A stretch of 64,000 nucleotides of DNA from a bacterium. GTDB lineage: Bacteria; Patescibacteriota; Gracilibacteria; JAHISY01. The position numbers were made by a program, and so were the translations under genes. Positions within the stretch are counted from its first letter, which is position 1. The number at the start of each line of letters is the position of its first letter. The stretch lies in assembly GCA_021779375.1 (NCBI GenBank), contig JAJYAT010000006.1, positions 33,515 through 97,514 of the forward strand, in the 5' to 3' direction. Shown piece by piece: positions 17,845 to 27,193 of the stretch. A model generated the notes under the pieces. It did not search any database, was not told the DNA's origin, and worked only from the letters and a program-made list of their open reading frames with translations.

Positions 17845-18030
17845 ATGAGCGATTCTGCGGCTAAACAGGAATTGGTAGACCGACTAAAATCTCGGATTGA
17901 AGCTAAAAAACAGGATTTAATTTTCCTGAGGCGTGTCGAGCGTGCAGCTTACGCAGTCGCGGAGGACGACAGTCGGGAAACTGAAAATATCGATTTGAGC
18001 TCACTTGACCAAAAAATGGTGCAAGCCTGA
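17845..18030 (+). CDS. Hypothetical small protein
   Basis: 61-aa ORF downstream of a candidate promoter and tightly followed by the next ORF. Confidence 0.3.
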   Translation: MSDSAAKQELVDRLKSRIEAKKQDLIFLRRVERAAYAVAEDDSRETENIDLSSLDQKMVQA

Positions 18031-18038
18031 AAAACAAA

Positions 18039-19682
18039 ATGCGACTAAAAACATTTCCCGTTAACGTAAATTATTGCATTCCAGCGCGCGTGCTTTTTTT
18101 CGCAACCACTCCGGAAAAACCCCAGCCAGTCGAGCAAAAAGCTGAAAATGTCGATCAGCTGATTGACCAACTAAAAACTGAGCTGAACAAAAATGAGAAT
18201 GCACTGGATCAAAAACGCGCTGACGTTTTGCAGATTTTTCAGAAATTCCAAACCGAAAATCAAAATGGCAAACTCAAAAATGAGGCTGGCACTTTCATGC
18301 TGAAAGTCGCGCTGAAGCTGCAAAACATCGAAGGCAAAGCGAATTATGGCGCTTACAAAAAAATGAGCGCAGCCGACAAAGCCAAAATCGAAGGGACTAT
18401 GCAAAACATCCGACGGATTTTGGAAGGAAAAAATTCCCAAGGTGAAAACATTAAAGACGATGTCACGACTGCCACAAAAATCGAAGCCGACCGTCAGAAA
18501 GTTTTGGTAGATTATGGCGAAGCTAAGTCGATGTCCGCCGCCGAGCGTTTTGCCGCGCAAAAATTAGTTAACCCTGTAATTGACCAAAAATCAGCCGAGC
18601 CCGTGCAAGTTCCGAGAACCGAGCAGCCAGCGCAAAAAGATAATGTTCCAGATGTCGCAACGAATCAGACTACTGTATCAGAGGCTTACCCCACTGAGAC
18701 TAATCAGCAAGCCGCAGTCGCTGCGGAGAAAGCTGCCGAGGCTGTTGCTGCGACGATTCAACTGTCGCAAAATGCGATGAAATCAGCCGAAAAAGAAAAT
18801 CTTCCGAGTCAGTCGAGTCCGACTGCTGCTGCGGAAATTCCGACCTCATCGTTCGGTCCGCGAGTTCAGATCGACTCGCGCGAAATCGCGCAGCCTACTC
18901 CGACAGGCGTTGAATTGAAAAAAGAGCTGACGGATCAGCAAATTGCTTATGCAGTTGAAAGATTATTTAATAATCCTGGACGCATAATCGCGACGTTGCC
19001 TGACAAAAGCACTTTAGTAAAAGTAGTTGAGACTGATGTGAACGAAGATGATCGCGGTCAGGCAAGTGAAAACGCTTACCAAGCTGCCGAGGATAAAGCT
19101 TCGGCTTTCTTGAATGGAAAAAATTCTGCAGGAGAAAAACTGGCGAGGATTACTAGGTTCGACCCTAGATTTGAAAATGGCACGCTGACAGTGATTATCC
19201 GCGTGCCACCGCAGACAATCGGAGAAGAAGTCGTGGCTCGTGAATTGACTAAGCCGGAACCGAAAAATCCAGAATTTTCAGACAAAGAAATCGAGACTCT
19301 TGCTAAAAAATTAGCTGAAAACAGCAATCCAAAATTAAAGATTATAGAGTTGCCAGGAGGTAACTTTTTGGTAAAAGGCACTTACCGAAACTTGAGTCGC
19401 GTAAGAATCATGGATCGCGAAAATGCCGAAATGTTTGCGATGGCAGATGCTAAACGTTCGGCGAACATCTATCTTGATCAAATCGCCTCAAGCGAAAATA
19501 TACATATAACTCCTCACGGTGGGACATTTAGCGCGGCTGAGGATAATTTGGATAGGGAGCTGATATTTGAGCAGATGGAAATTCCCAATAGTTTCGATTT
19601 TGAAACCAAAACTGCCACTGTAGTTTTATTCGTACCATCACAGTCAATCGAAAAAAAGATCGAGCCGACAACCATACCTTAA
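18039..19682 (+). CDS. Hypothetical protein, low-complexity Q/A/E/K-rich
   Basis: 547-aa ORF. No recognisable motif and no clear signal peptide. Confidence 0.4.
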   Translation: MRLKTFPVNVNYCIPARVLFFATTPEKPQPVEQKAENVDQLIDQLKTELNKNENALDQKRADVLQIFQKFQTENQNGKLKNEAGTFMLKVALKLQNIEGKANYGAYKKMSAADKAKIEGTMQNIRRILEGKNSQGENIKDDVTTATKIEADRQKVLVDYGEAKSMSAAERFAAQKLVNPVIDQKSAEPVQVPRTEQPAQKDNVPDVATNQTTVSEAYPTETNQQAAVAAEKAAEAVAATIQLSQNAMKSAEKENLPSQSSPTAAAEIPTSSFGPRVQIDSREIAQPTPTGVELKKELTDQQIAYAVERLFNNPGRIIATLPDKSTLVKVVETDVNEDDRGQASENAYQAAEDKASAFLNGKNSAGEKLARITRFDPRFENGTLTVIIRVPPQTIGEEVVARELTKPEPKNPEFSDKEIETLAKKLAENSNPKLKIIELPGGNFLVKGTYRNLSRVRIMDRENAEMFAMADAKRSANIYLDQIASSENIHITPHGGTFSAAEDNLDRELIFEQMEIPNSFDFETKTATVVLFVPSQSIEKKIEPTTIP

Positions 19683-19733
19683 CAGGAGACTAAAGACTTT
19701 GGTCGGTTTTCAGACGCGCGCAAAAATTTTAGT

Positions 19734-19739
19734 TAAAAT
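19734..19739 (+). promoter_or_regulatory. -10 box TAAAAT 6 nt upstream of a GTG start
   Basis: The sequence reads agtTAAAATggaagcGTG (GTG at 19746). Confidence 0.35.
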
Positions 19740-19745
19740 GGAAGC

Positions 19746-20351
19746 GTGATTTTTGACCGAATTCTTTTCGCCAGTCATCTCCAGGACGACGAGAAACTCG
19801 TCTACGTCGTGCATTCGCACTGGTTTGCGGCGTATCGCACACTTTTCAAGGCGGCGTTTTTCGGGCTAGCAATTCCGGCGATTTTTTACGCGATGTTCCC
19901 GATTGTCGCCGCGGCTTGGGTTTTTGGCATTTGGGCAGCGTTTGGCTTGCTTCGTTTTTTTCGCGAAGTTGCCGATTGGTATTTCGATGCTTTTCTGATT
20001 ACGAATCTCGGCGTCGTCGATCTCGACTGGAATGGTGTTTTCGATAAATCTTCGACGCGCATCGCTTTCGACGATCTCGTCGGGACTTCGTATGACAAAA
20101 AAGGAGTTTGGCAGAGCATCTTTAATTTCGGAAATCTCGCCATTCAAGTCGACGGTACGGGTGAGATTAAGCTCGAAAATGCGTGCGCGCCGCAGCGTGC
20201 GGAGAAAGCAGTTCTCGATGCAAAAGAACAGTATGCTCGTGAGCGCGGGCTGGAAGATGAAAAAGCTTTGAAAACAATTCTGAGTGGAATGGTGAAGCGG
20301 CATGTCCGCGGTGAGAAAGAAAAGACACATGGTCTTGCGGATTTAATTTAA
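19746..20351 (+). CDS. Membrane protein with bacterial PH (YdbS/YdbT-like) domain
   Basis: 201 aa. Two TM helices follow EKLVYVVHSHW, then a beta-rich domain (GNLAIQVDGTGEIKLENA), as in bPH_2 proteins. Confidence 0.4.
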   Translation: MIFDRILFASHLQDDEKLVYVVHSHWFAAYRTLFKAAFFGLAIPAIFYAMFPIVAAAWVFGIWAAFGLLRFFREVADWYFDAFLITNLGVVDLDWNGVFDKSSTRIAFDDLVGTSYDKKGVWQSIFNFGNLAIQVDGTGEIKLENACAPQRAEKAVLDAKEQYARERGLEDEKALKTILSGMVKRHVRGEKEKTHGLADLI

Positions 20352-20357
20352 AAAATT

Positions 20358-21668
20358 TTGGCGAAATCAGTCTTCGTTTGCGAAAAGTGCGGCGCGCGTT
20401 CGCCGCGCTGGGCGGGACAGTGCCCGAGCTGTGAAGAGTGGAATACGCTGACTGAGGAATCCGTCGCACCAAAAGTTTTTGGTCAAAAAGAGCGACCCGT
20501 CGGACAGATCGTGGAGGCGGCGACTTCCGAAAAATTGGCAGCGACTCCCCTCGCGCGCATCGCGAGCGGTTTCGCTGAGGTCGATCGCGTGCTCGGTGGC
20601 GGGGTCGTGCCGGGCAGTTTGATTTTGCTCGGCGGCGAACCGGGTATCGGCAAATCGACTCTGACGCTGCAGATGGCGGCGAAATTCGCTGAAATCGTTG
20701 GCAAGACTCTGCTCGCGAGCGGCGAAGAATCCGCAGAGCAAATCGCGCTGCGCGCCGTACGACTCAAGAATTCGCATGCGCGACTCCACATTTTTTCTGA
20801 GAATACGATTGAAAATATTCTCGCGACAGCGGAGGCAGAAAAGCCCAAATTGCTCGTCGTCGATTCAGTCCAGGTCATGAGCTCGCTCGAATCCGGATCG
20901 ATGGCGGGCTCAATTCCGCAAATTCGGCTCGTGACAGAGCGGCTTTTGCGCTTCGCGAAAACGACACGTACGCCAATTATCCTGATTGGTCACGTGACGA
21001 AAGACGGCGATCTCGCCGGACCGCGCCTGCTCTCGCATCTCGTCGATGTCGTGCTGACGCTTGAAGGCGATCCGCACCGCGATTTCCGACTTTTACGTAC
21101 GAGTAAAAATCGCTTCGGGGCGACGAGCGAAGTTGGTGTTTTCGAAATGAAAGAAAACGGCTTGGTCGAAGTGAAAAATCCCTCGGCGGCATTCCTCGAA
21201 GGACGTGCCGAAAATCCAATCGGTTCGTGTGTCGCGGCGACAGTCGAAGGTACGCGCCCGCTCCTAGTCGAGGTGCAGGCGCTGACTTCCCCGTCGGTCT
21301 TCGGTTATCCGAAGCGCGCAGCGAGCGGATTTGACTTGAACCGACTGCAGCTACTCGTCGCCGTTTTGCAAAAACACGCCGGCATCAAACTCGACTCAAG
21401 TGATGTTTTCGTGAATGTCGTCGGCGGCTTTCGCCTGCGCGAACCGGCGGCGGATCTCGCCGTCGCACTCGCGATTGCCAGCTCCAAGAAGCAAATTCCG
21501 CTCGCCGTCGATTTGGCGGCTTTCGGTGAGATTGGTCTGACGGGGGAAATTCGTTTTGTCTCGCAGACGGAAAAACGCTCGAAAGAAGCCAAAAAAATGG
21601 GTTTCACGAAAATCGCGAGCAGTGCGGAATTTCGTTCGCTCGCTGCCGCCGTCAAAAAACTTTTGTAA
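20358..21668 (+). CDS. radA: DNA repair protein RadA (Sms)
   Basis: 436 aa, TTG start. Zn ribbon CEKCG...CPSCEEWNT, Walker A GGEPGIGKSTL, KNRFG motif, and a Lon-like C-terminal domain. Confidence 0.9.
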   Translation: MAKSVFVCEKCGARSPRWAGQCPSCEEWNTLTEESVAPKVFGQKERPVGQIVEAATSEKLAATPLARIASGFAEVDRVLGGGVVPGSLILLGGEPGIGKSTLTLQMAAKFAEIVGKTLLASGEESAEQIALRAVRLKNSHARLHIFSENTIENILATAEAEKPKLLVVDSVQVMSSLESGSMAGSIPQIRLVTERLLRFAKTTRTPIILIGHVTKDGDLAGPRLLSHLVDVVLTLEGDPHRDFRLLRTSKNRFGATSEVGVFEMKENGLVEVKNPSAAFLEGRAENPIGSCVAATVEGTRPLLVEVQALTSPSVFGYPKRAASGFDLNRLQLLVAVLQKHAGIKLDSSDVFVNVVGGFRLREPAADLAVALAIASSKKQIPLAVDLAAFGEIGLTGEIRFVSQTEKRSKEAKKMGFTKIASSAEFRSLAAAVKKLL

Positions 21669-22741
21669 TGAAGAATAATCTGCGTGTTATCGTCGCCGAC
21701 ATTGTGCCACGCGATTTGCCGAAACCCGATGCCGAAAAACATTTCGCCGAGTTGGTGCGTTTGATCGAGACGCTGGGCGGGATGACCATCGTCAAAATTA
21801 TTCAGAAGCGCGGTCAGCCGAGTGGCAAGACTTATCTCGGGACTGGTAAAGCCAGCGAAATCGGTGAGCTCGCGCGTGAGCTCGATTGCGATGCGGTCGT
21901 CGTGAATGGTATCTTGAAAGGCAATCAGATTTACGAATTGACGGAGCGAATTCCCGTCGTGGTCTGGGATCGCGTCGATGTGATTCTGCGAATTTTTGCG
22001 AAGCACGCGACGACGACCGAGGCGAAATTGCAGGTCAAACGGGCGCGGCTGGCTTATGACATTCCGAAGATTTACCGGCGCGCGGCGACCACACTTTTCG
22101 AACGCGAGCGCGGCGGTGGTGTCGTGCAGCGCGGCGCGGGCGAGACCGGCATCGAAGCGGAGAAACGTCATATTTTGCGGGAAATTAAAGCGATTGATCA
22201 AAAGATTGAGCAACTCAAAACCGTCCGTGAAAATCAGCGTGCAAATCGCCGCCGCCAAAATTTATTGACGGTCGCACTCGTCGGCTACACGAATTCCGGC
22301 AAGTCGACGCTGCTCCGCGCACTTACCAAAAAGAAAAATGTGTTCGTCGCCGACAAGCTTTTCGCGACGCTCGATCCCCGGCTCGGTGCGCTCTGGCTGC
22401 CTAGAGTTCAGCGCAAAATTTTGCTCGCGGACACAATCGGTTTCATCGAAAATCTACCGCCTGATCTGATTGCCGCGTTTCGCGCGACGCTCGAGGAGGT
22501 GCGCGCGGCGGATTTACTGCTGCATGTTTTCGATGTCTCGGACTCGCCCGCCGAAATAGCACGCAAGCAAGCCGTCGTCCAAAAAATTCTGCAAGATTTG
22601 CAAGCGGACACGACGCCGCAGCTGCTCGTCGCGAATAAAATTGATCTCAAAAAACTTCGCAGCGCTGGAATCAAAGTCTCAGCTGTGACCGGTGCGAATT
22701 TAGAAAAATTAGTTGCCGCAATCGAGCGGAAGCTATTTTAA
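21668..22741 (+). CDS. hflX: GTPase HflX
   Basis: 357 aa. HflX N-domain followed by G1 GYTNSGKSTL, G3 DTIGF and G4 NKID. Confidence 0.85.
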   Translation: MKNNLRVIVADIVPRDLPKPDAEKHFAELVRLIETLGGMTIVKIIQKRGQPSGKTYLGTGKASEIGELARELDCDAVVVNGILKGNQIYELTERIPVVVWDRVDVILRIFAKHATTTEAKLQVKRARLAYDIPKIYRRAATTLFERERGGGVVQRGAGETGIEAEKRHILREIKAIDQKIEQLKTVRENQRANRRRQNLLTVALVGYTNSGKSTLLRALTKKKNVFVADKLFATLDPRLGALWLPRVQRKILLADTIGFIENLPPDLIAAFRATLEEVRAADLLLHVFDVSDSPAEIARKQAVVQKILQDLQADTTPQLLVANKIDLKKLRSAGIKVSAVTGANLEKLVAAIERKLF

Positions 22742-23424
22742 AAGACGTTTCACGACAGAGCGCCAGGCCGTCAGCGACAGAATCAGCGCGATGTGTCCGA
22801 CGACAGGGAGCCCACGATTTTCCTGCGCGCCAGGCAAAATCGAAACTTCCGGCGGGAAAACAATCGGGTCAAAGTGGGCGCGCAGCGAGCGAAACTTCCG
22901 ATTAATTTTGGAATTGGCAGTGAGCGCTTGAATTTTTTTCGAATTGGGCGCGACGAAATCGCGATTTTTTTCAATTCCCAAAAGGCGAATTTACCAAGCG
23001 CACAGCCCTGCAGCGGCGAGCCAAGCGTGATGACTTGCGCGACTTTCGCGAAAACTTTGGGGGTTTTTAGGGCGACGAGCGCGGTGATGCCACCGAGCGA
23101 ATGCGCGACGATTTGCACCTTTTTCGCTGGAATTGCGAGAATTCTTTCTTCTAGTCTTTTTGCCAAAATCGGGACTGCTGCGTAATTCTTCTCTGCAGGT
23201 GCGAGACTGACCGGCCAACCTTTTTGTTCGAGAAATTTTTTCAGCGGTCGCAGACTTTTGCCACTCGCGTAAATCCCGGCGACAAGCACCACCGGCATGC
23301 GTTTGGATTTGATCGTCGCGAAATCCTTGGCTCTGCTGCGCGAAAAATATTCGAGCCGCCAGAATTCGGCGCGCAGGCGAAAACTGGCGAAATGTTTTTT
23401 TAGCGTTTCCATTTGATCGAACAA
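22733..23424 (-). pseudogene. Alpha/beta-hydrolase (lipase/esterase-like) split by a frameshift
   Basis: The ORF at 22783-23424 carries the nucleophile elbow VAHSLGG. After about residue 150 it degenerates into a basic nonsense tail. The overlapping ORF at 22733-22981, in another frame, carries the expected Asp (HFDPIVFP) and His (VVGHIALI). The frame switch lies near the T7 run at 22965-22971. Confidence 0.55.
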
Positions 23425-23942
23425 CCCAGTGCTGGCATTTGTTCTTCGCGCGGAATTTCTACGCCGGCGAGAATTTTCTCGAGCGCGGATTTTAATTCGG
23501 TGTGCTCGACTTTTTCCGGCTGCTGCCAGTTGTCGTCGATGCGACCGTGGTATTTCAGTTTGCGCGCGGCGTCGTAAACGAAAATATCGGGTGTGCAGAC
23601 AGCGTGATATTTCGTCGCAATTTCCTGGGTTTCATCGCGCAGATAGGGAAATTTCACCGGCAAATCTTGCATTTTTTCAAAGCTATCGGCGGGATAATCG
23701 CTCGCGTCATTTGAATTGATGCCGACGAATTGCACGTCACGGTCGGCGAATTCCGCTGCCAATTGATTCAAGCGCTCCAAAACTGCCAAAACATAAGGGC
23801 AGTGATTGCACATGAAAATTACGACCAGAATTTTTTTGTCCGCGAAACTTGCGAGCGAATACTGCTTACCGTCCGCACCGGGTAAGTCGAAATCTTTCGC
23901 GCTGGTATTTTCGAGACCTTTGACGCTTTCGGTCAGAATCAT
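23400..23942 (-). CDS. Thioredoxin-fold thiol-disulfide oxidoreductase / peroxiredoxin-like protein
   Basis: 180 aa. AhpC/TSA-like layout with the redox motif FMCNHCPYV. Confidence 0.7.
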   Translation of the reverse strand: MILTESVKGLENTSAKDFDLPGADGKQYSLASFADKKILVVIFMCNHCPYVLAVLERLNQLAAEFADRDVQFVGINSNDASDYPADSFEKMQDLPVKFPYLRDETQEIATKYHAVCTPDIFVYDAARKLKYHGRIDDNWQQPEKVEHTELKSALEKILAGVEIPREEQMPALGCSIKWKR

Positions 23943-23951
23943 GGGAAAAAA

Positions 23952-24689
23952 TTAATCGAGAAAATTGCGGATCCGCTCGGCGATACCGAGCCCTTCGTGT
24001 TTCACTTTTTGCGCGAAATACATGACCGGCGTGGCGCTGATGGCGATTAGGATTTTGACGATGAGCGCGAAAGCGACGACGCGCCCGAAATTTTCGCCTG
24101 TCACGCTGCTGCCAAGCTCGGGATTTTGGACAAACAGCACAAACCGTCCAACGACTGTGAAGAAAATCGTGTCACCAGTTTGCGCCAGAATCATCGACAA
24201 ACTATTGCGCAGCCAGAGTTGGCGTCCGTTCGTGGCTTTTTTCAAAAGGTCGTAAAACCAGACGCCGAAAGTTTGAAAAATAAAATAACTGGCGAGACTC
24301 GCGGCGACGAGGCGAAAGCCCGGCGTGAAAATTGATGCGAGTGCTGACTGGACGTTGTCGAAAGTATTTGGCGCGAAAGCGGTCGTGAGCGACGAGCCGA
24401 CAAACAGGAAAACGCCTGCTCCGAGACCAGCCCACACGGCGTGCCGGGCGAATTTTTTTCCGTAAAACTCATTCAGCAAATTGATAGCGAGAAAAATTCC
24501 GGCGGAAAAAACGATGCCACCGTTGATTGCGAGTCCAAAAAGGTCGAATTGCTTCAGCGCAAAAACATTCAGCAGCGCGACTTCACACGCCACCAGTGTG
24601 AAGAGATAACCGCGCCCGAGGCGAAACGCCAGGAGCGTCGTCGCGAGGACGAGAAATAAAAGTGTGAAAAAAATAGCTTCGTTCGACAT
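23952..24689 (-). CDS. yhhQ: Queuosine-precursor transporter (VUT/YhhQ family)
   Basis: 245 aa with 6-7 TM helices. The sequence pattern (ITYPLTF-like region absent, but NEFYGKKFAR and SQTGDTIFF-like LAQTGDTIFF) fits YhhQ/DUF165. Confidence 0.55.
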   Translation of the reverse strand: MSNEAIFFTLLFLVLATTLLAFRLGRGYLFTLVACEVALLNVFALKQFDLFGLAINGGIVFSAGIFLAINLLNEFYGKKFARHAVWAGLGAGVFLFVGSSLTTAFAPNTFDNVQSALASIFTPGFRLVAASLASYFIFQTFGVWFYDLLKKATNGRQLWLRNSLSMILAQTGDTIFFTVVGRFVLFVQNPELGSSVTGENFGRVVAFALIVKILIAISATPVMYFAQKVKHEGLGIAERIRNFLD

Positions 24690-24695
24690 CCTGCT

Positions 24696-24728
24696 GATTT
24701 TACGGAATTCAAGCGAACTCGTAAAATC
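24696..24728. promoter_or_regulatory. Palindromic bidirectional promoter between yhhQ and yggT
   Basis: Perfect 9-bp inverted repeat GATTTTACG (24696-24704) / CGTAAAATC (24720-24728). Each arm provides a TAAAAT -10 box. One lies 7 nt from the yhhQ ATG (minus strand) and the other 6 nt from the yggT ATG (plus strand). Each -10 overlaps the TTTACG -35-like hexamer of the opposite promoter. Confidence 0.5.
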
Positions 24729-24733
24729 CGCAC

Positions 24734-25018
24734 ATGAATTTGAGTTTACAAACAGTTGCGATTCTCGAGAACACGGTTGATCTTTTTTTCCGCGCCTTGG
24801 GATTTTTGATCGTGCTGCGGATGCTGCTGTCCTGGTTGGCTCCCGGGGCGCGCGGTCAACTCAGCTTTTTCATCTTTTCCGCGACCGAGCCGATTCTCGC
24901 TTTTTTTCGCCGCTTGCCGCTCAGGGTTGGCTTCTTCGATTTCTCCCCGCTCATCGCACTACTTGCGCTTGATTTCGTGCGACAAATATTGCTGCGTATT
25001 CTGTTCGCCATTTTCTAG
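24734..25018 (+). CDS. YggT family membrane protein
   Basis: 94 aa, two TM helices, LIVLRMLLSWL-type motif typical of YggT. Confidence 0.6.
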   Translation: MNLSLQTVAILENTVDLFFRALGFLIVLRMLLSWLAPGARGQLSFFIFSATEPILAFFRRLPLRVGFFDFSPLIALLALDFVRQILLRILFAIF

Positions 25019-25329
25019 AACGGCAGAATTTTTTCCGGCAGCCCGACAGAATAACGCAGTGTTTTGACTTTCGCGCCGCGTTTAATCAGCGCGTCGCGGA
25101 CGACGGTCTCGGCGAGGCGCATTTGTGCCGCAATCGAAGAATTCGCGACGGCAATTTGGAGGATGCCATTTTTTAAAAATTTTACTGCAAACGCGCCGGC
25201 GATTTCTGGCAACTCGGCGAGAAAAAGTTTTTCGCTGACGAAGCAGATTTCAGCCGCGGAAAATTTCGCTGCCATTTTTTTTTGGGCGAGCACCGTGCGG
25301 AGGACGAATTTGATTGGGATGAAATTCAA
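25015..25329 (-). CDS. DUF721/DciA-like protein
   Basis: 104 aa. The pattern LQIAVANSSIAAQMRL resembles the DUF721 C-terminal motif (L.V.V.s..w..el). Confidence 0.4.
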   Translation of the reverse strand: MNFIPIKFVLRTVLAQKKMAAKFSAAEICFVSEKLFLAELPEIAGAFAVKFLKNGILQIAVANSSIAAQMRLAETVVRDALIKRGAKVKTLRYSVGLPEKILPF

Positions 25330-25341
25330 ATAATTTGAGAT

Positions 25342-26388
25342 TTAAAATTTCCGATTTAAGATTTTGAGAAATTCCGCGATGGCGTTTTTCTCAGGTATTG
25401 ATTTCAGAAACTTACCTTTTTGGTAAATCGCGAACATTTTCTTGCCACCGACGAGCGCGAAATCAGCGTCGGCTGCTTCGCCCGGACCATTTACGATACA
25501 GCCCATTACGGCTATTTTTAAGCCCTGCCTGTCGGTAGGCAGGGTCTTTTCAATCTGTGCGACGGCTTTTTCGACTTGTCGCACGATAGGAATGAGATCG
25601 ACTTCGGTGCGCCCGCAGGTCGGACAACTCACGACTTCGATTGCCGGGCGCAATTTCAAAACACGCAGCAAATCTCGCGCTGCCGCGACTTCCGCGACTG
25701 GGTCAGCCGTCAGCGAGATGCGGATGGTGTCGCCGATGCCATCGCTGAGCAAACTGCCGAGCGCGACTGCTGATTTCAAAATTCCGAATTTCGGCGAGCC
25801 GGCTTCGGTGACACCGAGGTGTAGAGGGTAATTTATTTTTTGCGCGAGCAGACGATTCGCGGCAATCGTCGTCGCGATGTCGGAACTTTTGACCGAGACG
25901 ACCAAATTGCGGTAGCCGAGCTTTTCGATCTTGCGCACATTCTGCAGCGCGGAATTCGCCAGCTTCTCTGCGACACTTTTACCAGCGACGCGCTCCAGAC
26001 TGCCGGAATTAACACCGACCCGCAGCGGAATCCCCCGCTTTTTACAGACTTTCACGACGGCAGCTAACTTGGCAGGTGGAAAATTACCGGGATTGAGACG
26101 AATCTTGTCAGCGAATTCAGCCGCGGCGATGGCGAGCTCGGCGGAAAAATGAATGTCCGCGACCAGTGGCAGCAGCGGAAATTTTTGGCGAATTTTCTCA
26201 AAAGTTTTGAGGCTGGCTTGATCTGGAACTGCCACGCGAAAAATCTCGCAACCGGCTTGCGCGAGCCGCCGGATTTGTCGTGCCGCTGCCGGGAAATCGT
26301 GTGCGGGCGCGCAAAGCATCGACTGAATCGCGACCGGCTGACTGCCGCCAATTTTGAGTTTGCCGATTTGAATAACTTTAGTTTTCAT
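25342..26388 (-). CDS. ispG: 4-hydroxy-3-methylbut-2-enyl diphosphate synthase (MEP pathway)
   Basis: Homology starts at MKTKVIQIGKLKIGGSQPVAIQSM (ATG at 26388). C-terminal Fe-S cysteines are present (SCPTCGRT, GCIVNGPGE). The 60 codons further upstream in the ORF track overlap the rluA-like gene and are not homologous. Confidence 0.9.
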   Translation of the reverse strand: MKTKVIQIGKLKIGGSQPVAIQSMLCAPAHDFPAAARQIRRLAQAGCEIFRVAVPDQASLKTFEKIRQKFPLLPLVADIHFSAELAIAAAEFADKIRLNPGNFPPAKLAAVVKVCKKRGIPLRVGVNSGSLERVAGKSVAEKLANSALQNVRKIEKLGYRNLVVSVKSSDIATTIAANRLLAQKINYPLHLGVTEAGSPKFGILKSAVALGSLLSDGIGDTIRISLTADPVAEVAAARDLLRVLKLRPAIEVVSCPTCGRTEVDLIPIVRQVEKAVAQIEKTLPTDRQGLKIAVMGCIVNGPGEAADADFALVGGKKMFAIYQKGKFLKSIPEKNAIAEFLKILNRKF

Positions 26389-27193
26389 AAAACTCAGGTG
26401 GAATTTCCGCGGAAAAATTGTAATCCAAAATCTTGAGTTCGCCCGCGTGCAGCAGCATGCGAGCATCTTGCGCTTTACCGTACATGGAGTCACCGACGAT
26501 TGGCATGCCGACTGCTGCGAGGTGCGCACGAATCTGGTGCGTGCGCCCAGTCGTGATTTCGACTTCAAGCAAAGTGCTATTGCTGAAGCGTTTCACGACT
26601 TTCCAAAAAGTCTGCGCCGCCAGTCCGATTTTCGCGATTTCCATTTTGGGACCGACTTTTTTCAAACTCAAATTAATCTCGCCGGAATTTTCCCGCGGCA
26701 GCTTGGCGACGACGGCGAAGTATTTTTTGAAAACCTGGCGCGCCCGAAAAGCCTCTTCGAGCTTGCGGGCGGTCGCCGCATTTTTCGCGAAAATCACAAT
26801 GCCGCTCGTCGCGCGGTCGAGGCGGTGGACGACAGTGAGTCGCAGATTTAGCAAAGTCTCGGCACAGCTGCGCAGATCGTCGCCGTGCGTACCGACGCCT
26901 GCGTGTGTCGTGAGCCCTGCCCGTTTCGCGAAGGCAATCACATTTTTGTCTTCGAAAATAATCTGGTTGCCCGTGAGCTCAGAGAAAAATTTGCGCGGAT
27001 CAGGCAGGAAAACTTCGACGACGGAATTGGCGGCAATTTTCGCTTCGGCTTTCAGCGGAATTTTCGCAACTTTGATTTCGCGCTTACGAAAAAGTTTTTG
27101 CAAAAAAGTCCGTTTCAAAAACGGCAATTTTTCGGCGACGAATTTCTCGGCGCGGATTTCACGGGTATTTGTGAGCTCGATCTTCAACTTCAC
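26378..27193 (-). CDS. RluA-family pseudouridine synthase
   Basis: Catalytic motif HRLDRATSGIVIFAK, GRTHQIRAHL, and an N-terminal S4-like region. A GTG start at 27193 is proposed because the longer ORF runs through tRNA-Gln. Confidence 0.8.
   Translation of the reverse strand: MKLKIELTNTREIRAEKFVAEKLPFLKRTFLQKLFRKREIKVAKIPLKAEAKIAANSVVEVFLPDPRKFFSELTGNQIIFEDKNVIAFAKRAGLTTHAGVGTHGDDLRSCAETLLNLRLTVVHRLDRATSGIVIFAKNAATARKLEEAFRARQVFKKYFAVVAKLPRENSGEINLSLKKVGPKMEIAKIGLAAQTFWKVVKRFSNSTLLEVEITTGRTHQIRAHLAAVGMPIVGDSMYGKAQDARMLLHAGELKILDYNFSAEIPPEFYEN

Noticed and set aside
24690-24733. preQ1 riboswitch upstream of the yhhQ-type transporter
   Set aside because: Only 44 nt separate the divergent start codons, and the -10 box is 7 nt from the ATG. 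This leaves no room for an aptamer and I saw no preQ1-like motif.
26389-26568. 60-codon N-terminal extension of the ispG ORF in the six-frame track
   Set aside because: IspG homology begins at MKTKVIQIGKL (ATG at 26388). The extension overlaps the 3' end of the RluA-family gene and has no IspG-like sequence.
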